Positions 10,201-20,084 of a DNA stretch of 42,614 bases are shown in pieces. The position numbers were made by a program, and so were the translations under genes. The stretch comes from a virus. Its lineage: Duplodnaviria; Caudoviricetes. The stretch's first letter is position 1, and every line of letters begins with the position of its first letter. Below the pieces are notes generated by a model. It was not told where the DNA came from. It did no database searches and saw only the letters and a list, made by a program, of their open reading frames with translations. The stretch covers positions 1 through 42,614 of IMG/VR virus record IMGVR_UViG_3300035180_001879; one strand, 5' to 3'.

Positions 10201-10291
10201 ACGCCGAAGTAGTTATTGGCGTACCTTGAGTATTCTCTGGAAGAGAACCACCCATTACAGTAATAGTAGGTTGAGCTAAAGTGTCTGACAT
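7274..10291 (-). CDS. Multidomain tail fibre/receptor-binding protein with Asp-box (BNR) propeller (1005 aa)
   Basis: Ig-like N-terminus (WQWESS...WTPITGATSTTY), FCCH-like modules, Asp boxes RSDGEGKVW, RSSDGGESF, VSSDGGNTW, VSHDDGQSW, RSLDGGQTW. Confidence 0.8.
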   Translation of the reverse strand: MSDTLAQPTITVMGGSLPENTQGTPITTSAYTCNSLTLGINEYDLQFTNTDTWQWESSPAGTPSWTPITGATSTTYVATKADYGVGAKLFRVRVTRNGNTQYSTNIVSANFVAPLSAPTLTFDTSNSTLFKKHVTATVSGADPNLPPLYKWYAQYVVAGATQDTILVKSSLDNYYDLTWRDFLRYGGEFTGNITGVSDGGNGTVIITSDTPIELVPNDVVTIEGTTSYDGRYVVSTVASDYLHMPIVGEYTTSQTGKWSGENQKQINLTCVVSYAGMDMGCTSPESSSMTFTKWVEGCGSIPTFFNSPYVVDPKDIRITSATITSCTSNNQAGLSFSNVTTNLNLSTGATVGPFNWYDASYIGTSSNTSGASSALSDAVVLLDYTTTEPQTVMSATVMLDSPVTSIPTRLLIASPEGEDVLGTSDTVTVSNAGVPTAYTYTFSPSVWLPAGTQFWLILQAAVPPTGGRAGHVYALFYSNNGTPQQSLWRSDGEGKVWTRATCAGADLNAGAGAELMAANGYLYASGGVNLMRSSDGGESFVSIQPPEAQYCMGVCAKPGSPSVLCMLDYYNHIHVSSDGGNTWYPPKATPQTYITVPCNVKYLYWPYPGTLYTLGDGIAVSHDDGQSWALLRYGDANLRVLYFPSDPSLPPWGAYTGTLWRGQMVNGVWNGCFEGETWVDPATHTKPGGTPVNYLPSAFTSASVPWILFHPDRIIALGTSSLAASIVYKSYVDVSANTIALSNHGWVTNQIVRYRKKSGDALQPLVDGQDYFVIYVDANHIKLSLTKDGPAIDLTTQGNDTQTLGLAQGGILTAPASYIAAGTPVWTPAEIETGVDFGHGWIDPNNPSYVWASRVGSPYTYGGVWRSLDGGQTWAQANTGIELMAETASAYGNPTLVSDGTPVPGPLIPVAYGGPGQYKYHFMSDGNPYVAVSITGNGTTATATTAAPHLLPDGNTNVIISDTGNSDLDGLQVATKIDNVTFTFPSIYNGNSISGKMSYWLTYHT

Positions 10292-10303
10292 TTACAAGTT
10301 ACC

Positions 10304-12088
10304 TTAAGCTATTGTGGATTGACCACTTTGGTGTTGCGTTCCCTCATTATCACTGCTATAAGAATTGACTACTTTGGTTATGATTTCCCCATCTGCCACT
10401 AAACGTAATAGCGTAGGTTGACCATTTGACAATTGACTATTATTTAGGTAAGGGTAACAGCCAATAGTATAAGACGATACTCCATTAACTATATCTTCTA
10501 AACCAACCATAGAATAAAATATTGGCCATACGTGAGAAGAATCAAGTGGGTCTCGATATCCTGTGGGAACACCGTTTACACTATCAGTTCGAGTAAGTAC
10601 AACACCATCGTCATAAGTGCTATTTATTCCATAGCACAAACCATAAGGTCGTCCTAAAGAAGACGGTGCTCCCATATATCCTTCACCAACAGTGCGTGAA
10701 GAACTTGCTAAAGAGTCGGGCATGTAACCGTCACTTGCTCTGAAAACCTGGTATGTGACAGGTCTTCGAGTGAATACAAAACCTACGCCCGACAAGTTAT
10801 AAGTATTAGAATTTGCAGGCCATCCAGGCAGAAGTCCTCCAACGGCTTCATTCAATCGTGCCCAATAATACCAATTTGAACTGGGTTGGTCTGGGTCGGG
10901 AGCCACATATATGCTAGACACTAGCATAGGGTGCCCAATGGTAGTAGGCGAAAAGGGATTTTGATACACCGTCACGTATGTACCTGGAAGTGTCCACTCT
11001 ATTGCCGTGGGGTCTACATAGGGAGGTGAAGACGGCGCAGAACCTATTCTCAACGCCGTGAAGGTATCATGTGCCTCTACTTTAGAGACACCATTTTTAT
11101 ATACAATTCCACCCATATCTGGCCAGGAAATCTGCAAATGATTTCCTGTTGCTGAAAGATATGGAACTTGTACTCCTATTACGGGGGATATACTTTTAAT
11201 GGTAGACCCTTGAGTTCCAGCTACCTCAGCTAAATAAGTGTAACTCTGCAATGAGTAGTAAGTATCAGGCCAATAAGTTGCTGAGCGAACTTCCAGTCTA
11301 GGTGGCTGTGTGACTGTTGCTTGTACAAGATAGCTGAGAGCATAGACTTGAGAAACATCAGGTGCTGGATTAGTGTCGTTTGATTTTATATTAAAGCTAA
11401 TAGAAGACAGGTTACTAGCACACTTAGGTTCATCCTGTCTCCGTATTCCTGTCCAATCTCCGTGATATTTGGGGCAAGCACAAGCTACAAGCAGTGCCTC
11501 ATTTAGTTCTAATACAGGATGAAACTCCTCCCCAGAAAGTCCATCATCATCAATTTGCACAGCTGTCAAAAAAGTATCGTCCCAATAAAACGGCTTAAAC
11601 TGACGCCACGTTGATGCTGCATCCGCCACGTCTAGTGTAGTGATTTTATTGGGGTCCCCAAACCAGAGAAATTGCGTATCAATTTTTGCTGATTTGCTGT
11701 ATACCTCGCACGACACACCTTGACGAGTAAGGTCAACTTCATAGCTAACAGTTGACAAAACAGATTGCCAATTTGGATTCCGACCTCCTTGGACGACGCT
11801 TTGTGTTTGAGTAGGAGGGTCGCTACTTAATTCTGGGTGAAAAATAGAGACAAGCATAGCAGTTACAGTAAAATGTGACTTAACTGCGTTGATATTTAGC
11901 TCAAACACAATTCCAGGAAGTGTGGTCAAACTATTAGAGCCTTGGACAACCAAAAAAGGAGTAGAATCTACAAGAAAAACCAAATCTGGCGTTGGAGTTC
12001 TAGAGTTAATTATAGCCCTCTCTGTATTCGAGGGAGTCCACTTCATTCTTAAAATGTTTGCTTTTCGGTCTAAGATAGAAATAGCCAT
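10304..12088 (-). CDS. Hypothetical virion structural protein (594 aa)
   Basis: Long ORF between the gp7-like wedge and fibre genes; beta-rich, Ser/Thr/Pro/Tyr-rich composition. Confidence 0.7.
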   Translation of the reverse strand: MAISILDRKANILRMKWTPSNTERAIINSRTPTPDLVFLVDSTPFLVVQGSNSLTTLPGIVFELNINAVKSHFTVTAMLVSIFHPELSSDPPTQTQSVVQGGRNPNWQSVLSTVSYEVDLTRQGVSCEVYSKSAKIDTQFLWFGDPNKITTLDVADAASTWRQFKPFYWDDTFLTAVQIDDDGLSGEEFHPVLELNEALLVACACPKYHGDWTGIRRQDEPKCASNLSSISFNIKSNDTNPAPDVSQVYALSYLVQATVTQPPRLEVRSATYWPDTYYSLQSYTYLAEVAGTQGSTIKSISPVIGVQVPYLSATGNHLQISWPDMGGIVYKNGVSKVEAHDTFTALRIGSAPSSPPYVDPTAIEWTLPGTYVTVYQNPFSPTTIGHPMLVSSIYVAPDPDQPSSNWYYWARLNEAVGGLLPGWPANSNTYNLSGVGFVFTRRPVTYQVFRASDGYMPDSLASSSRTVGEGYMGAPSSLGRPYGLCYGINSTYDDGVVLTRTDSVNGVPTGYRDPLDSSHVWPIFYSMVGLEDIVNGVSSYTIGCYPYLNNSQLSNGQPTLLRLVADGEIITKVVNSYSSDNEGTQHQSGQSTIA

Positions 12089-12108
12089 ATTATTCTAGTC
12101 CCATTTAC

Positions 12109-14853
12109 TTATAAAATTTGTAACTGCACTGGTAACACTGCTGTTTTTGGCTGCTCAGTTCCTGTGCTGTCGTAAGGTTCCACACTAATGGTTAGCGTAT
12201 ATGTCCCAGAAGCAAGGATTTTTCCAGATGGGAGAGGTACAGGAATTACCATATCCATTGTAACATCTGGAGTAGTAATAGGGGAGATGCCTCCATATTG
12301 AGTATATGTACCAGCCCAAGATGTGCCAGAGGACTTGAGAACAGTTACAATCTCCTCGGAAACCGTTTCTGCCTTAGCTTCTAGATTACCCTTCCTATCA
12401 TTACCAAATAACGACATTCTGACTCGCTTGGATGTTCCGTCTCTTCGTACAGATACTGGAACTGTTATTCTGACTTGCGTAGTATGACCAGAAGTATCAG
12501 AATTTGTTGTTATGGCGGGTGTACCTACACTCAGACCACAAAACACTTGTCCTGGCATTTGAGGAGTTCTCGTGGTTCCCCCTTTGTATCCTCTCCAGCC
12601 TCGTGTCGGCTCCATGCCTTCTTCGTAGATGATATAGGGCGTTTCGGAAGTGGGCAAAGATATTACTACCATTCTATATGAATTCCAAGGTTCATAAAGA
12701 GTGCCTGGTCTTTGTGTAGATAGGCTTGCTTCATTATCTCTTACATAGAAAGCTCCCACGCCGTTACCTATAATGTCTATTAGATATGGTGTATTAGGTG
12801 TGGTATTCCAGTCATAAGTTTGAAATTTGTATCCTCGACAGCCATTGGAAGGTAAATTCAGAGATGTTTGATTTAGCGGGTATAATACACGAGACGAAGT
12901 AAGCCCAGTTAATGATAGCCACACACGACCCGATACTAACGTTGTAGAAGTAAGAGAAGCTGCTTTTACCGCATCCTCAAAATAAAATGACGCCACTCCA
13001 GCAGAAAATTCTACGGCAGTAAGGTGTTTATCTGAGAATGCAAATTCATTGCTATCCGAGTTTATGCTAGTAGTAGCTAACGGGAACATCCCCGTTGCTG
13101 GCCAATTCTCTGATGGATACAATAAATCGGAAGGTATTTGCACGGTAATGGTGTCGGAATTGCCTACTCTTGTTACAGTAATTCCATGCCCAGAAATAGG
13201 ATACCAAATAGCAGTGGCCAACTTGACGCTAGGCGAATTAGGATCATTAAGCGCGGAATAATAGGTGTCTAAGATTAAAGAGTTTCGATAAGCATAATCA
13301 GGCGCAGAACTAATTCGGTTGCCAATCACATCAAGCACCCGCGCTTTATTTCCCGCGCCGTCTTGGTAATAAAATACTGAAGAGCTAGAAGTGACATTGA
13401 CAGGAATCTTCTCAGTGCTATTAGTAAAGACGGGGATAGAGCTACCCAAAGAAGACGTATCTATTTGAGCTAGTTCCGCAACGTCTATTCCTGGTAAAAT
13501 GTGATCTTCCCAAGTTTTCGATAAATCTTGTATCACATTCCAAGGGCCATTCCATATCTCTGGGGAGGGATTAAATATAGGACTATTCGGCCAGCTAGGA
13601 TTTTCTGCAGATGACAATCTGAAAGCTCCATTAGAAAAAGCTTTGCCATGCGTACCTTTGTCAGAAGTTTGATAGTATTGCCAATCAGAGTTGGTAAGTG
13701 CGTTGTAATCAATATATTCAGGAGCGTAGTCTATTAAATCTCCATTTTCATTTCGCCATTTTTCATAATATTCAAAGCTAAAATAGAGAAGTTTTAGCAA
13801 AGAGCGCAAGTCACGTACTATGCCTTTTCTCTTGAAAAGAGTAAAAGCATAACGTACTTGCCATCTCCAAAAATCAGGATTATCTGTCTTTGTTTCCCAA
13901 CCTAAATTTCGCAACATATAGGGTAGCCAAGCCGCCTTCGCTTTAGCATAATCCATATCTGCTTGCAAATCCAAATCCTCTTCGAGGTATCTAAAAAATG
14001 GTGCAATAGAATCCATGTATTTTTTGAGTGTTTGAGAGGAGTCAAAATCCCAATACACTTGTGGTACATACGCATACAGTCTTCTACTGAATTTGTCAGC
14101 TATACCTAACGCTCTACTAAAAAAAGCATTGGAATTATTCAACACTGGTGTAGTGAGCGGAGAAGGATTTGTAAAAGGCGAAAAGCCAGGTCCATACGAC
14201 AGCACAAATAGCGGGGTACCTGCTGCCCAAGTACGTCTAAATACAGGTGTTCCATCAGGCAACGTAGTGTGCACTGCAGTATAAAGAGTGGGGTCAAGAG
14301 CTACATACGAAGTCCAGTCCGGTAACGGTACTGAATCTCCTGCGTCGTAATTAGGATAAACCATTCGCAATCGTTCTCTATCAATAATATCAAACCTAGC
14401 TACCTCTGAACCTAGCAGACCAACAAAAGATTTAGGTAGTCTGTCTGTCGAGTTAACAAACACAACAGTATCGTTGTAATTTACTGCGGCAGTAGTAGAA
14501 ACAGTGGGGATATCCCAACGCAATACACGTACATACGCGGTAGGTACAAAAGGCAAATCTTTTGTAAGAGCAGTAGGAGCACTCGCATAATCATAGATAG
14601 CTGGGTGATAAGAATCGGCGTCTGTCTCCTGCATCACTAGCTTATCAAATTGATAGTACATCTCCTCGTCTTCTATTTTGATATACCCTTCCCAAGGTAA
14701 AATGTCAAACGGGTTAATGAGTTGCTTAGAAATAGGATGCTCGACCAGTCCCAATCCTACCATTGCGTCTTTGTGGTACACCACACGCATATTTAAGTAC
14801 TGTGCCTCGTACTTAAGATTGATGGAATTGGCAGGAGTCAGAGGACTGCTCAT
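12109..14853 (-). CDS. Baseplate wedge protein, T4 gp7/P2 gpI-like core with extensions (914 aa)
   Basis: Core YAYVPQVYWDFD..LKKYMDSIA...AWLPYMLRNLGW...WRWQVRYAFTLFKRKG; directly follows the gp6-like gene. Confidence 0.8.
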   Translation of the reverse strand: MSSPLTPANSINLKYEAQYLNMRVVYHKDAMVGLGLVEHPISKQLINPFDILPWEGYIKIEDEEMYYQFDKLVMQETDADSYHPAIYDYASAPTALTKDLPFVPTAYVRVLRWDIPTVSTTAAVNYNDTVVFVNSTDRLPKSFVGLLGSEVARFDIIDRERLRMVYPNYDAGDSVPLPDWTSYVALDPTLYTAVHTTLPDGTPVFRRTWAAGTPLFVLSYGPGFSPFTNPSPLTTPVLNNSNAFFSRALGIADKFSRRLYAYVPQVYWDFDSSQTLKKYMDSIAPFFRYLEEDLDLQADMDYAKAKAAWLPYMLRNLGWETKTDNPDFWRWQVRYAFTLFKRKGIVRDLRSLLKLLYFSFEYYEKWRNENGDLIDYAPEYIDYNALTNSDWQYYQTSDKGTHGKAFSNGAFRLSSAENPSWPNSPIFNPSPEIWNGPWNVIQDLSKTWEDHILPGIDVAELAQIDTSSLGSSIPVFTNSTEKIPVNVTSSSSVFYYQDGAGNKARVLDVIGNRISSAPDYAYRNSLILDTYYSALNDPNSPSVKLATAIWYPISGHGITVTRVGNSDTITVQIPSDLLYPSENWPATGMFPLATTSINSDSNEFAFSDKHLTAVEFSAGVASFYFEDAVKAASLTSTTLVSGRVWLSLTGLTSSRVLYPLNQTSLNLPSNGCRGYKFQTYDWNTTPNTPYLIDIIGNGVGAFYVRDNEASLSTQRPGTLYEPWNSYRMVVISLPTSETPYIIYEEGMEPTRGWRGYKGGTTRTPQMPGQVFCGLSVGTPAITTNSDTSGHTTQVRITVPVSVRRDGTSKRVRMSLFGNDRKGNLEAKAETVSEEIVTVLKSSGTSWAGTYTQYGGISPITTPDVTMDMVIPVPLPSGKILASGTYTLTISVEPYDSTGTEQPKTAVLPVQLQIL

Positions 14854-14865
14854 TTTTGCTATACC

Positions 14866-17508
14866 TTAATCCGAAGAAGGAATTACTTTGATTATGATAT
14901 TGGGAGCCAAACTTACAGTTAAGTTTTGAGACTTACCATAGGCTGCATAAGTAGTAGAGTTAGAAAATAGGTTTCGAGTTATTCCCCACAAAGTCTGGCA
15001 GTCTCTATTCTGATATGCAATAAATTCTCCCGCAATTTTTATTACACCAGAAGGAGGTAGCAAACTAAAATCACTGCCAGCATTTGTAGCTAAAGAAATG
15101 CTATCAACTGGCTGAGGTAACACGTCTTCCCCCAACAAGAACGGCATACTGTTAGTGTTAACCTGCGTAGATATAGTACCAATAGCATTTGAAAAAGGAA
15201 GTAAACCTAACACAGAGTCATTAGGTACTCCCGTTATGTCTTTGTCTATCACTAACGGTACATAATTGGCCTGAGTTGGGTCCGTATTATTAACTACATA
15301 TTGTGTAGCATGTGAAAACTCAACGGAAGCGATGCCTGGGATAGCCTGTACTGTACTGAGTATGGGTGATATTCTCAGCGGCATACCAAATCCCCAAGTC
15401 TGATTAGTAAAGTTGAAATAAGATTCGAGGGCATTTATGATAAGATTTGCTACCGAGGCAGAGGCAGATGAGTCAGAGCGCACGGTCAATAAAATATAGA
15501 TGGGAATAATTTTGCCTTCGAGAATGAGCAATTCGCAAGGCTCCACTTTGTATGTATTTATTGCCCGATACAGGTCGGGTCTCACTCCGCCTAAATACAC
15601 TCGACTATCTTTCATGTGTGACGTTACCTGTGTGCCATATTTTCCACGAGAAACGATATTCAAGCCACAGAAAGGTTGCTGTCCTCCTGTATTGGATTGA
15701 GAGGTATAATACGTAAAACTTGAAGAACCAGCAGAAGGATAGTCTGGTTCTACTTGAGCTTCTATAAATTCATCGTCAATCTGTAACAACGCTATCTGAG
15801 AATCCATACCAGGCCATAGGGGACTATAAACACCTGGACCTTCCACATTAAATGGCTGTCCCGTGGAAGTAGTTAATTTAACTGCCATTCCAGCGGGCAC
15901 GTTGGTAAACCCATTTAGCAAAGAAAGTCCAACAGTAGCACCTATAGGAAATAAGCTTGTGGCATCGTCATCCGCAATGTATACTGAATAGTATTGATTG
16001 TGAACAGACGCAAGATCTGAGGGCAAACGAGAACAAACACGACTAATGCCATTCACCGAGAGCAAACCAGTATAACCCCCAGACAGGCTACTTGCTATAG
16101 TACTGATATTTTCCTCGAACTCTACTACTGTTGCTTGTCTATTAGCATAGTAAGTAGTCTTGGTCACAGTATAAAAGGGAAGACCTTGGTTAAGAATGGT
16201 TTGATTTACCCCATAAAACGGTCTAGCATAACCTTCTGCTGTCAAAGTGTATTCCATGATTCTTAAACGAACTAGGTTGCCAGTTGCATCATTATTCAGT
16301 AGCTCGGCTTGTGCCTTAGCTATTCCTGGAAATTCAGAGGCGTATGAAGCAAAATCTTCTCCAGACACTAATCGTCCTTGTCTTCGGATTCTAGCAGGTA
16401 ACAGGGCTTTGATTGTAGCCAAATTATCTCCGTTACCTCCTCCAATAGATGCAGCAAAGTTTGTCAGCATGACTGTGGTAGGTGCGGACTGAGTGGTATA
16501 CGCTGAAATAGGCAGATTAATGCTGCTAGATGAAATTTTCTTTGCGCTATTGGGCGAAGTACGATAATACACCCTAATAAAGTAGTTCTGAGGGGGGATG
16601 GCTCCAAACACACCATTACCAAATTTAATAGAAGCTCTAAAATTCCCGTCCCATTCCATTTCATAGTTTTTGTCATACGGTCCACTGCTAGACAAAGTAG
16701 CTACTTCAGTCCAGGCATTGTCTACAACAGAGCCATCACGAGAAATAAGTTGTACTGACGCTCTAAATCCTCCGTTAGCATAATCGGTAAGAATAGGAAA
16801 ATAGGCTAGAGAGAATAACTGGTCGGCGCTACCATTAGATACGAAGGTTTCTATGTGTGACACACCTTCGACAAGTATCCAAGGTCTTGCTGGTGGATTG
16901 TATAGCTGATTAGCGGGAGGGTCGGAGTTTACAGCATTGTTATTGATAGCTAAAAACTTGGAGCCGCCTACAGCGTCTATATATTTAGGAATGTAGTCAT
17001 CAGTTAGTTCAAACAATTCAAATGACGCAGTACCCAACTCAGTTGCCACGTCCACTCTCTCACCAGGAGTGATGTACACATCCGAAGTCAATACGTTATC
17101 TGTGCGAGTCATACGCATATTGATATATTTGGTTAGTGGGTCCACTTGATACAGAAATGTGGGTGATGGGGTAATAAGTTTTTCCCCAACCAATAGCATC
17201 ATGCGAGTCAACGTTTCTGTATCAGTTACTGAGTCTAGATACCCTTGCGCTCTTTGAAAATCGCTGCGAAAAGCTAACATACATGCGGTATACGCAATCA
17301 GTTCCAACAACATCATGCCTGATGAACTCTCCAAGAAGTCCGTCCAATCAGGATAATTCTGGCTGATGAATTGCACAAGCAATGCCCGAACAGTATTGAA
17401 ATCATATTGCAACGAATAATCTGGTAGAGAGCGCAGCCGCTTAGTAAAACCCAAAGCGATAGCGGTTACAGGAGGCAAACAAGAAGTGGGTTTGGCGGTA
17501 GTAGACAT
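14866..17508 (-). CDS. Baseplate wedge protein, T4 gp6/baseplate J-like (880 aa)
   Basis: YDFNTVRALL...WTDFLESSSGMMLLELIAY; IKFGNGVFGAIPP; GGGNGDNLATIK...RLVSGEDF; FGMPLRIS...QAIPGI motifs. Confidence 0.93.
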   Translation of the reverse strand: MSTTAKPTSCLPPVTAIALGFTKRLRSLPDYSLQYDFNTVRALLVQFISQNYPDWTDFLESSSGMMLLELIAYTACMLAFRSDFQRAQGYLDSVTDTETLTRMMLLVGEKLITPSPTFLYQVDPLTKYINMRMTRTDNVLTSDVYITPGERVDVATELGTASFELFELTDDYIPKYIDAVGGSKFLAINNNAVNSDPPANQLYNPPARPWILVEGVSHIETFVSNGSADQLFSLAYFPILTDYANGGFRASVQLISRDGSVVDNAWTEVATLSSSGPYDKNYEMEWDGNFRASIKFGNGVFGAIPPQNYFIRVYYRTSPNSAKKISSSSINLPISAYTTQSAPTTVMLTNFAASIGGGNGDNLATIKALLPARIRRQGRLVSGEDFASYASEFPGIAKAQAELLNNDATGNLVRLRIMEYTLTAEGYARPFYGVNQTILNQGLPFYTVTKTTYYANRQATVVEFEENISTIASSLSGGYTGLLSVNGISRVCSRLPSDLASVHNQYYSVYIADDDATSLFPIGATVGLSLLNGFTNVPAGMAVKLTTSTGQPFNVEGPGVYSPLWPGMDSQIALLQIDDEFIEAQVEPDYPSAGSSSFTYYTSQSNTGGQQPFCGLNIVSRGKYGTQVTSHMKDSRVYLGGVRPDLYRAINTYKVEPCELLILEGKIIPIYILLTVRSDSSASASVANLIINALESYFNFTNQTWGFGMPLRISPILSTVQAIPGIASVEFSHATQYVVNNTDPTQANYVPLVIDKDITGVPNDSVLGLLPFSNAIGTISTQVNTNSMPFLLGEDVLPQPVDSISLATNAGSDFSLLPPSGVIKIAGEFIAYQNRDCQTLWGITRNLFSNSTTYAAYGKSQNLTVSLAPNIIIKVIPSSD

Positions 17509-17521
17509 AGTTTAGGTCCCT

Positions 17522-17911
17522 TCATCCTAAAAGCGGTTTTTTGAATTTCACGGCAAAGTCAAACGGATACTCATTTTGTGTTTTTCTGTCTTTAATCGAC
17601 ATCAAAATATGACATACTGGAGGTTTGGCGTTGTTATCTACATACGCGGATATTGATAACACCTGTAACAACGGCTCAAACACTGACATCTGTTCCACTA
17701 TCGCGGACTTAAGATTAGTGAGGGAAGTAGTATCTAGCGGGTCAAACAAAAAGTCGTGTACCCCAACTCCAAAATAGGGCAACATTACTCGCTCGCCTTT
17801 TCTAGTCAATAGCAATTGTATGAGACGACCTTGTATAGAGTTTTGCTCCGAAGCTATTTTGAAATAGCCAGCAATGCCTTTTTGTATAGGAAAATCTATT
17901 TGAACTGACAT
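17522..17911 (-). CDS. Baseplate wedge subunit, gp25/GpW family (129 aa)
   Basis: LLLTRKGERVMLPYFGVGVHDFLFDP...FEP signature. Confidence 0.95.
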   Translation of the reverse strand: MSVQIDFPIQKGIAGYFKIASEQNSIQGRLIQLLLTRKGERVMLPYFGVGVHDFLFDPLDTTSLTNLKSAIVEQMSVFEPLLQVLSISAYVDNNAKPPVCHILMSIKDRKTQNEYPFDFAVKFKKPLLG

Positions 17912-17921
17912 GAGTTATGTC

Positions 17922-18968
17922 CTACGCGCACCCACTGTTGAAAGGACTGTTACTGCTACCTAAATCGATAGAAAGATTAGTTCCAGTACCAAACTGCCCA
18001 CCAAAAAGGCTCAAAATTTGTGATAACCAAATACGAAGTCTAGCCTGCCGAGCTTGAATGTGTGCTATAGAGTATATTCCTGCCGACAAAGACTGTAATT
18101 TATCTGGATCCAAACTTTGTGCCATCGAAGCCCTTTTTTGTAGTCCATCGGATTGAGAAGACACTTGATTCATAACATTCTTAGCTAGATTTGCGGCGTC
18201 AGAAATACCAACAGCTTGAAAAATAGAAATCGGAATATTGCCTAATCTTATGTCACCAGCATTGCCCAATCGAGAAACCAACTCCCCTAATGGCATACCA
18301 TAGGAACCTTGAAGAGAGGAGATTCGATTGTAAACTATCTCTGCATTTTGCCCCTTGAATGAGGTGGACGTAGTTGTCAGTACTTGAGCCACTAGAGCGG
18401 GAGTGATATCTAGCGCGTTTGACGCTTGTGCGGCAGTATTGATTTCTTGCATCAACGTAGCTAAATCTGCCATTTCTCCAAGCGCCTCAAGAGTTTTTAA
18501 CAGACCAGAATTATCAGCGTAAGAAAGACCACAATTAGCGCCACCTCCTATAGGTAATCCTACATTACTAGAGGGGTTGGCAGTAAAAGTGATATCTCCC
18601 TGCGTCAAACTGATTAATGTATTAGAGGGAACGCCGCTGATAGAAGAAATCGCATTTGTTGCAATTAGGTCTCCAGGACGTAGATTTGACAAGACTCCTA
18701 GACCCGATATCGCGGAGGGAGACAACGTTCCATTCGATAACCTAGATAAATCATATCCCAATCCTGGAAGAGCACACTGAGGAATAGGCAATTGCGTGTC
18801 GTCGAAATTCATACCATTCATAACATCTAACACGTCTTTTAGCAATTTCAACAACTCTAAGATGAGCGTAATAATAGCCAACAAATTTACGACATTCTCC
18901 ATAGGAACAGGAGGGTCATAATCTGTTGATACTGTCAATAATGGGGCGAGACTGAAAGTCATAGACAT
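17922..18968 (-). CDS. Hypothetical protein between spike and gp25 (348 aa)
   Basis: AGGA upstream; hydrophobic/amphipathic segment VVNLLAIITLILELLKLL; no family recognised. Confidence 0.75.
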   Translation of the reverse strand: MSMTFSLAPLLTVSTDYDPPVPMENVVNLLAIITLILELLKLLKDVLDVMNGMNFDDTQLPIPQCALPGLGYDLSRLSNGTLSPSAISGLGVLSNLRPGDLIATNAISSISGVPSNTLISLTQGDITFTANPSSNVGLPIGGGANCGLSYADNSGLLKTLEALGEMADLATLMQEINTAAQASNALDITPALVAQVLTTTSTSFKGQNAEIVYNRISSLQGSYGMPLGELVSRLGNAGDIRLGNIPISIFQAVGISDAANLAKNVMNQVSSQSDGLQKRASMAQSLDPDKLQSLSAGIYSIAHIQARQARLRIWLSQILSLFGGQFGTGTNLSIDLGSSNSPFNSGCA

Positions 18969-18977
18969 TTTGAGTCC

Positions 18978-20066
18978 TCAGCTGACAGACAAAGTACCAA
19001 TTACTGTTATGGTGGAAGTAATCTCTGCGGTAGGCGCTTTTGCCGTGACCGCACCAGTGGTCAGTGATATGTCTGAAGTGGTTATTGTTGTAAGACCAGA
19101 CACTGTTAATGTCAACACTCCAGTTATGGTCGTCGTCTGTGCTAACCCTATCGTTTCAGTAAGAGTTCCTGGAACTGTCAAAAAAGTATTGAAGCCTTCT
19201 AATAACAACATTGGCGGCGCACCAGCAATTGGGTCTTTAATGCCAACTGCGGTAGAAATGCCCCCGTAAATAGCGGCAGCTTTTTGCGCTATTACTGTGG
19301 TATTGCCTGTGGATACCACACTAGCATTTTCTGAAGCGGTGACTGTAAATTTCTTTGTAGCAATATTCACTGACTCGGCAGTAGTAATGACGCAAGAGCC
19401 TTTTGCATCATCTAACTGTATACTATTTCCTCCCTGTGTTAAAAGGTTTATCTTACCTCCATCTTTGCCTTCTAACAATTCAATCGTGCCACCTTGCTTG
19501 CCGGTCATTACAATGCGCTCTTCGTCTTTTTTATCAGAGATGACTATCTTTCTGCCACCCTTGGACTCAAGATAAATGCCCTCCGCATCGTCTTCTTCAC
19601 GAAGATAAAACGAATGTCCCTTTGGGGTACGAAAACCCCAGGCTTTTGGTATTTTGTCCTGTGGCTTTGTTCTGTCGTATACTTCAAGCGGAATTCTGTC
19701 CTGCTGATACCAACCCCCAATAACGACGGGGTTATCATAAAGTGTGCTACTGTGTAAAAATAGGATAAATACTTTACACCCTATTGGATACGGAAATGTA
19801 GCGCCATATCTTGTTCCAGACTCTTGACCACCACCAAATACATTTAATGTCCAAGCCCACATACCATCATCTTTGTTTTTGCTCTCTCTTTGTGATATTG
19901 CCTCAATAAGCACTTTTACTCGTCCAAGACCTTCGGGGTCTACATTATTTATGACAACACCACGATACAATACACCAGGAGAAGCCTTGGTTTGACTACC
20001 TTTACCCCAGGCGGCGACTGCTTCTTGGGCAATTGCGGGTTGTGGATGAGGGGGCTCTATACCCAT
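18978..20066 (-). CDS. Central baseplate spike, gp5/VgrG/gpV-type OB-fold plus beta-prism (362 aa)
   Basis: LYRGVVINNVDPEGLGRVKV...P.G.KVFILF...PVVIGG, FRTPKGHSF, then Thr-rich beta-strand repeats; AGGAG upstream. Confidence 0.92.
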   Translation of the reverse strand: MGIEPPHPQPAIAQEAVAAWGKGSQTKASPGVLYRGVVINNVDPEGLGRVKVLIEAISQRESKNKDDGMWAWTLNVFGGGQESGTRYGATFPYPIGCKVFILFLHSSTLYDNPVVIGGWYQQDRIPLEVYDRTKPQDKIPKAWGFRTPKGHSFYLREEDDAEGIYLESKGGRKIVISDKKDEERIVMTGKQGGTIELLEGKDGGKINLLTQGGNSIQLDDAKGSCVITTAESVNIATKKFTVTASENASVVSTGNTTVIAQKAAAIYGGISTAVGIKDPIAGAPPMLLLEGFNTFLTVPGTLTETIGLAQTTTITGVLTLTVSGLTTITTSDISLTTGAVTAKAPTAEITSTITVIGTLSVS

Positions 20067-20084
20067 CGTGTCTCCTAAGAAGGT

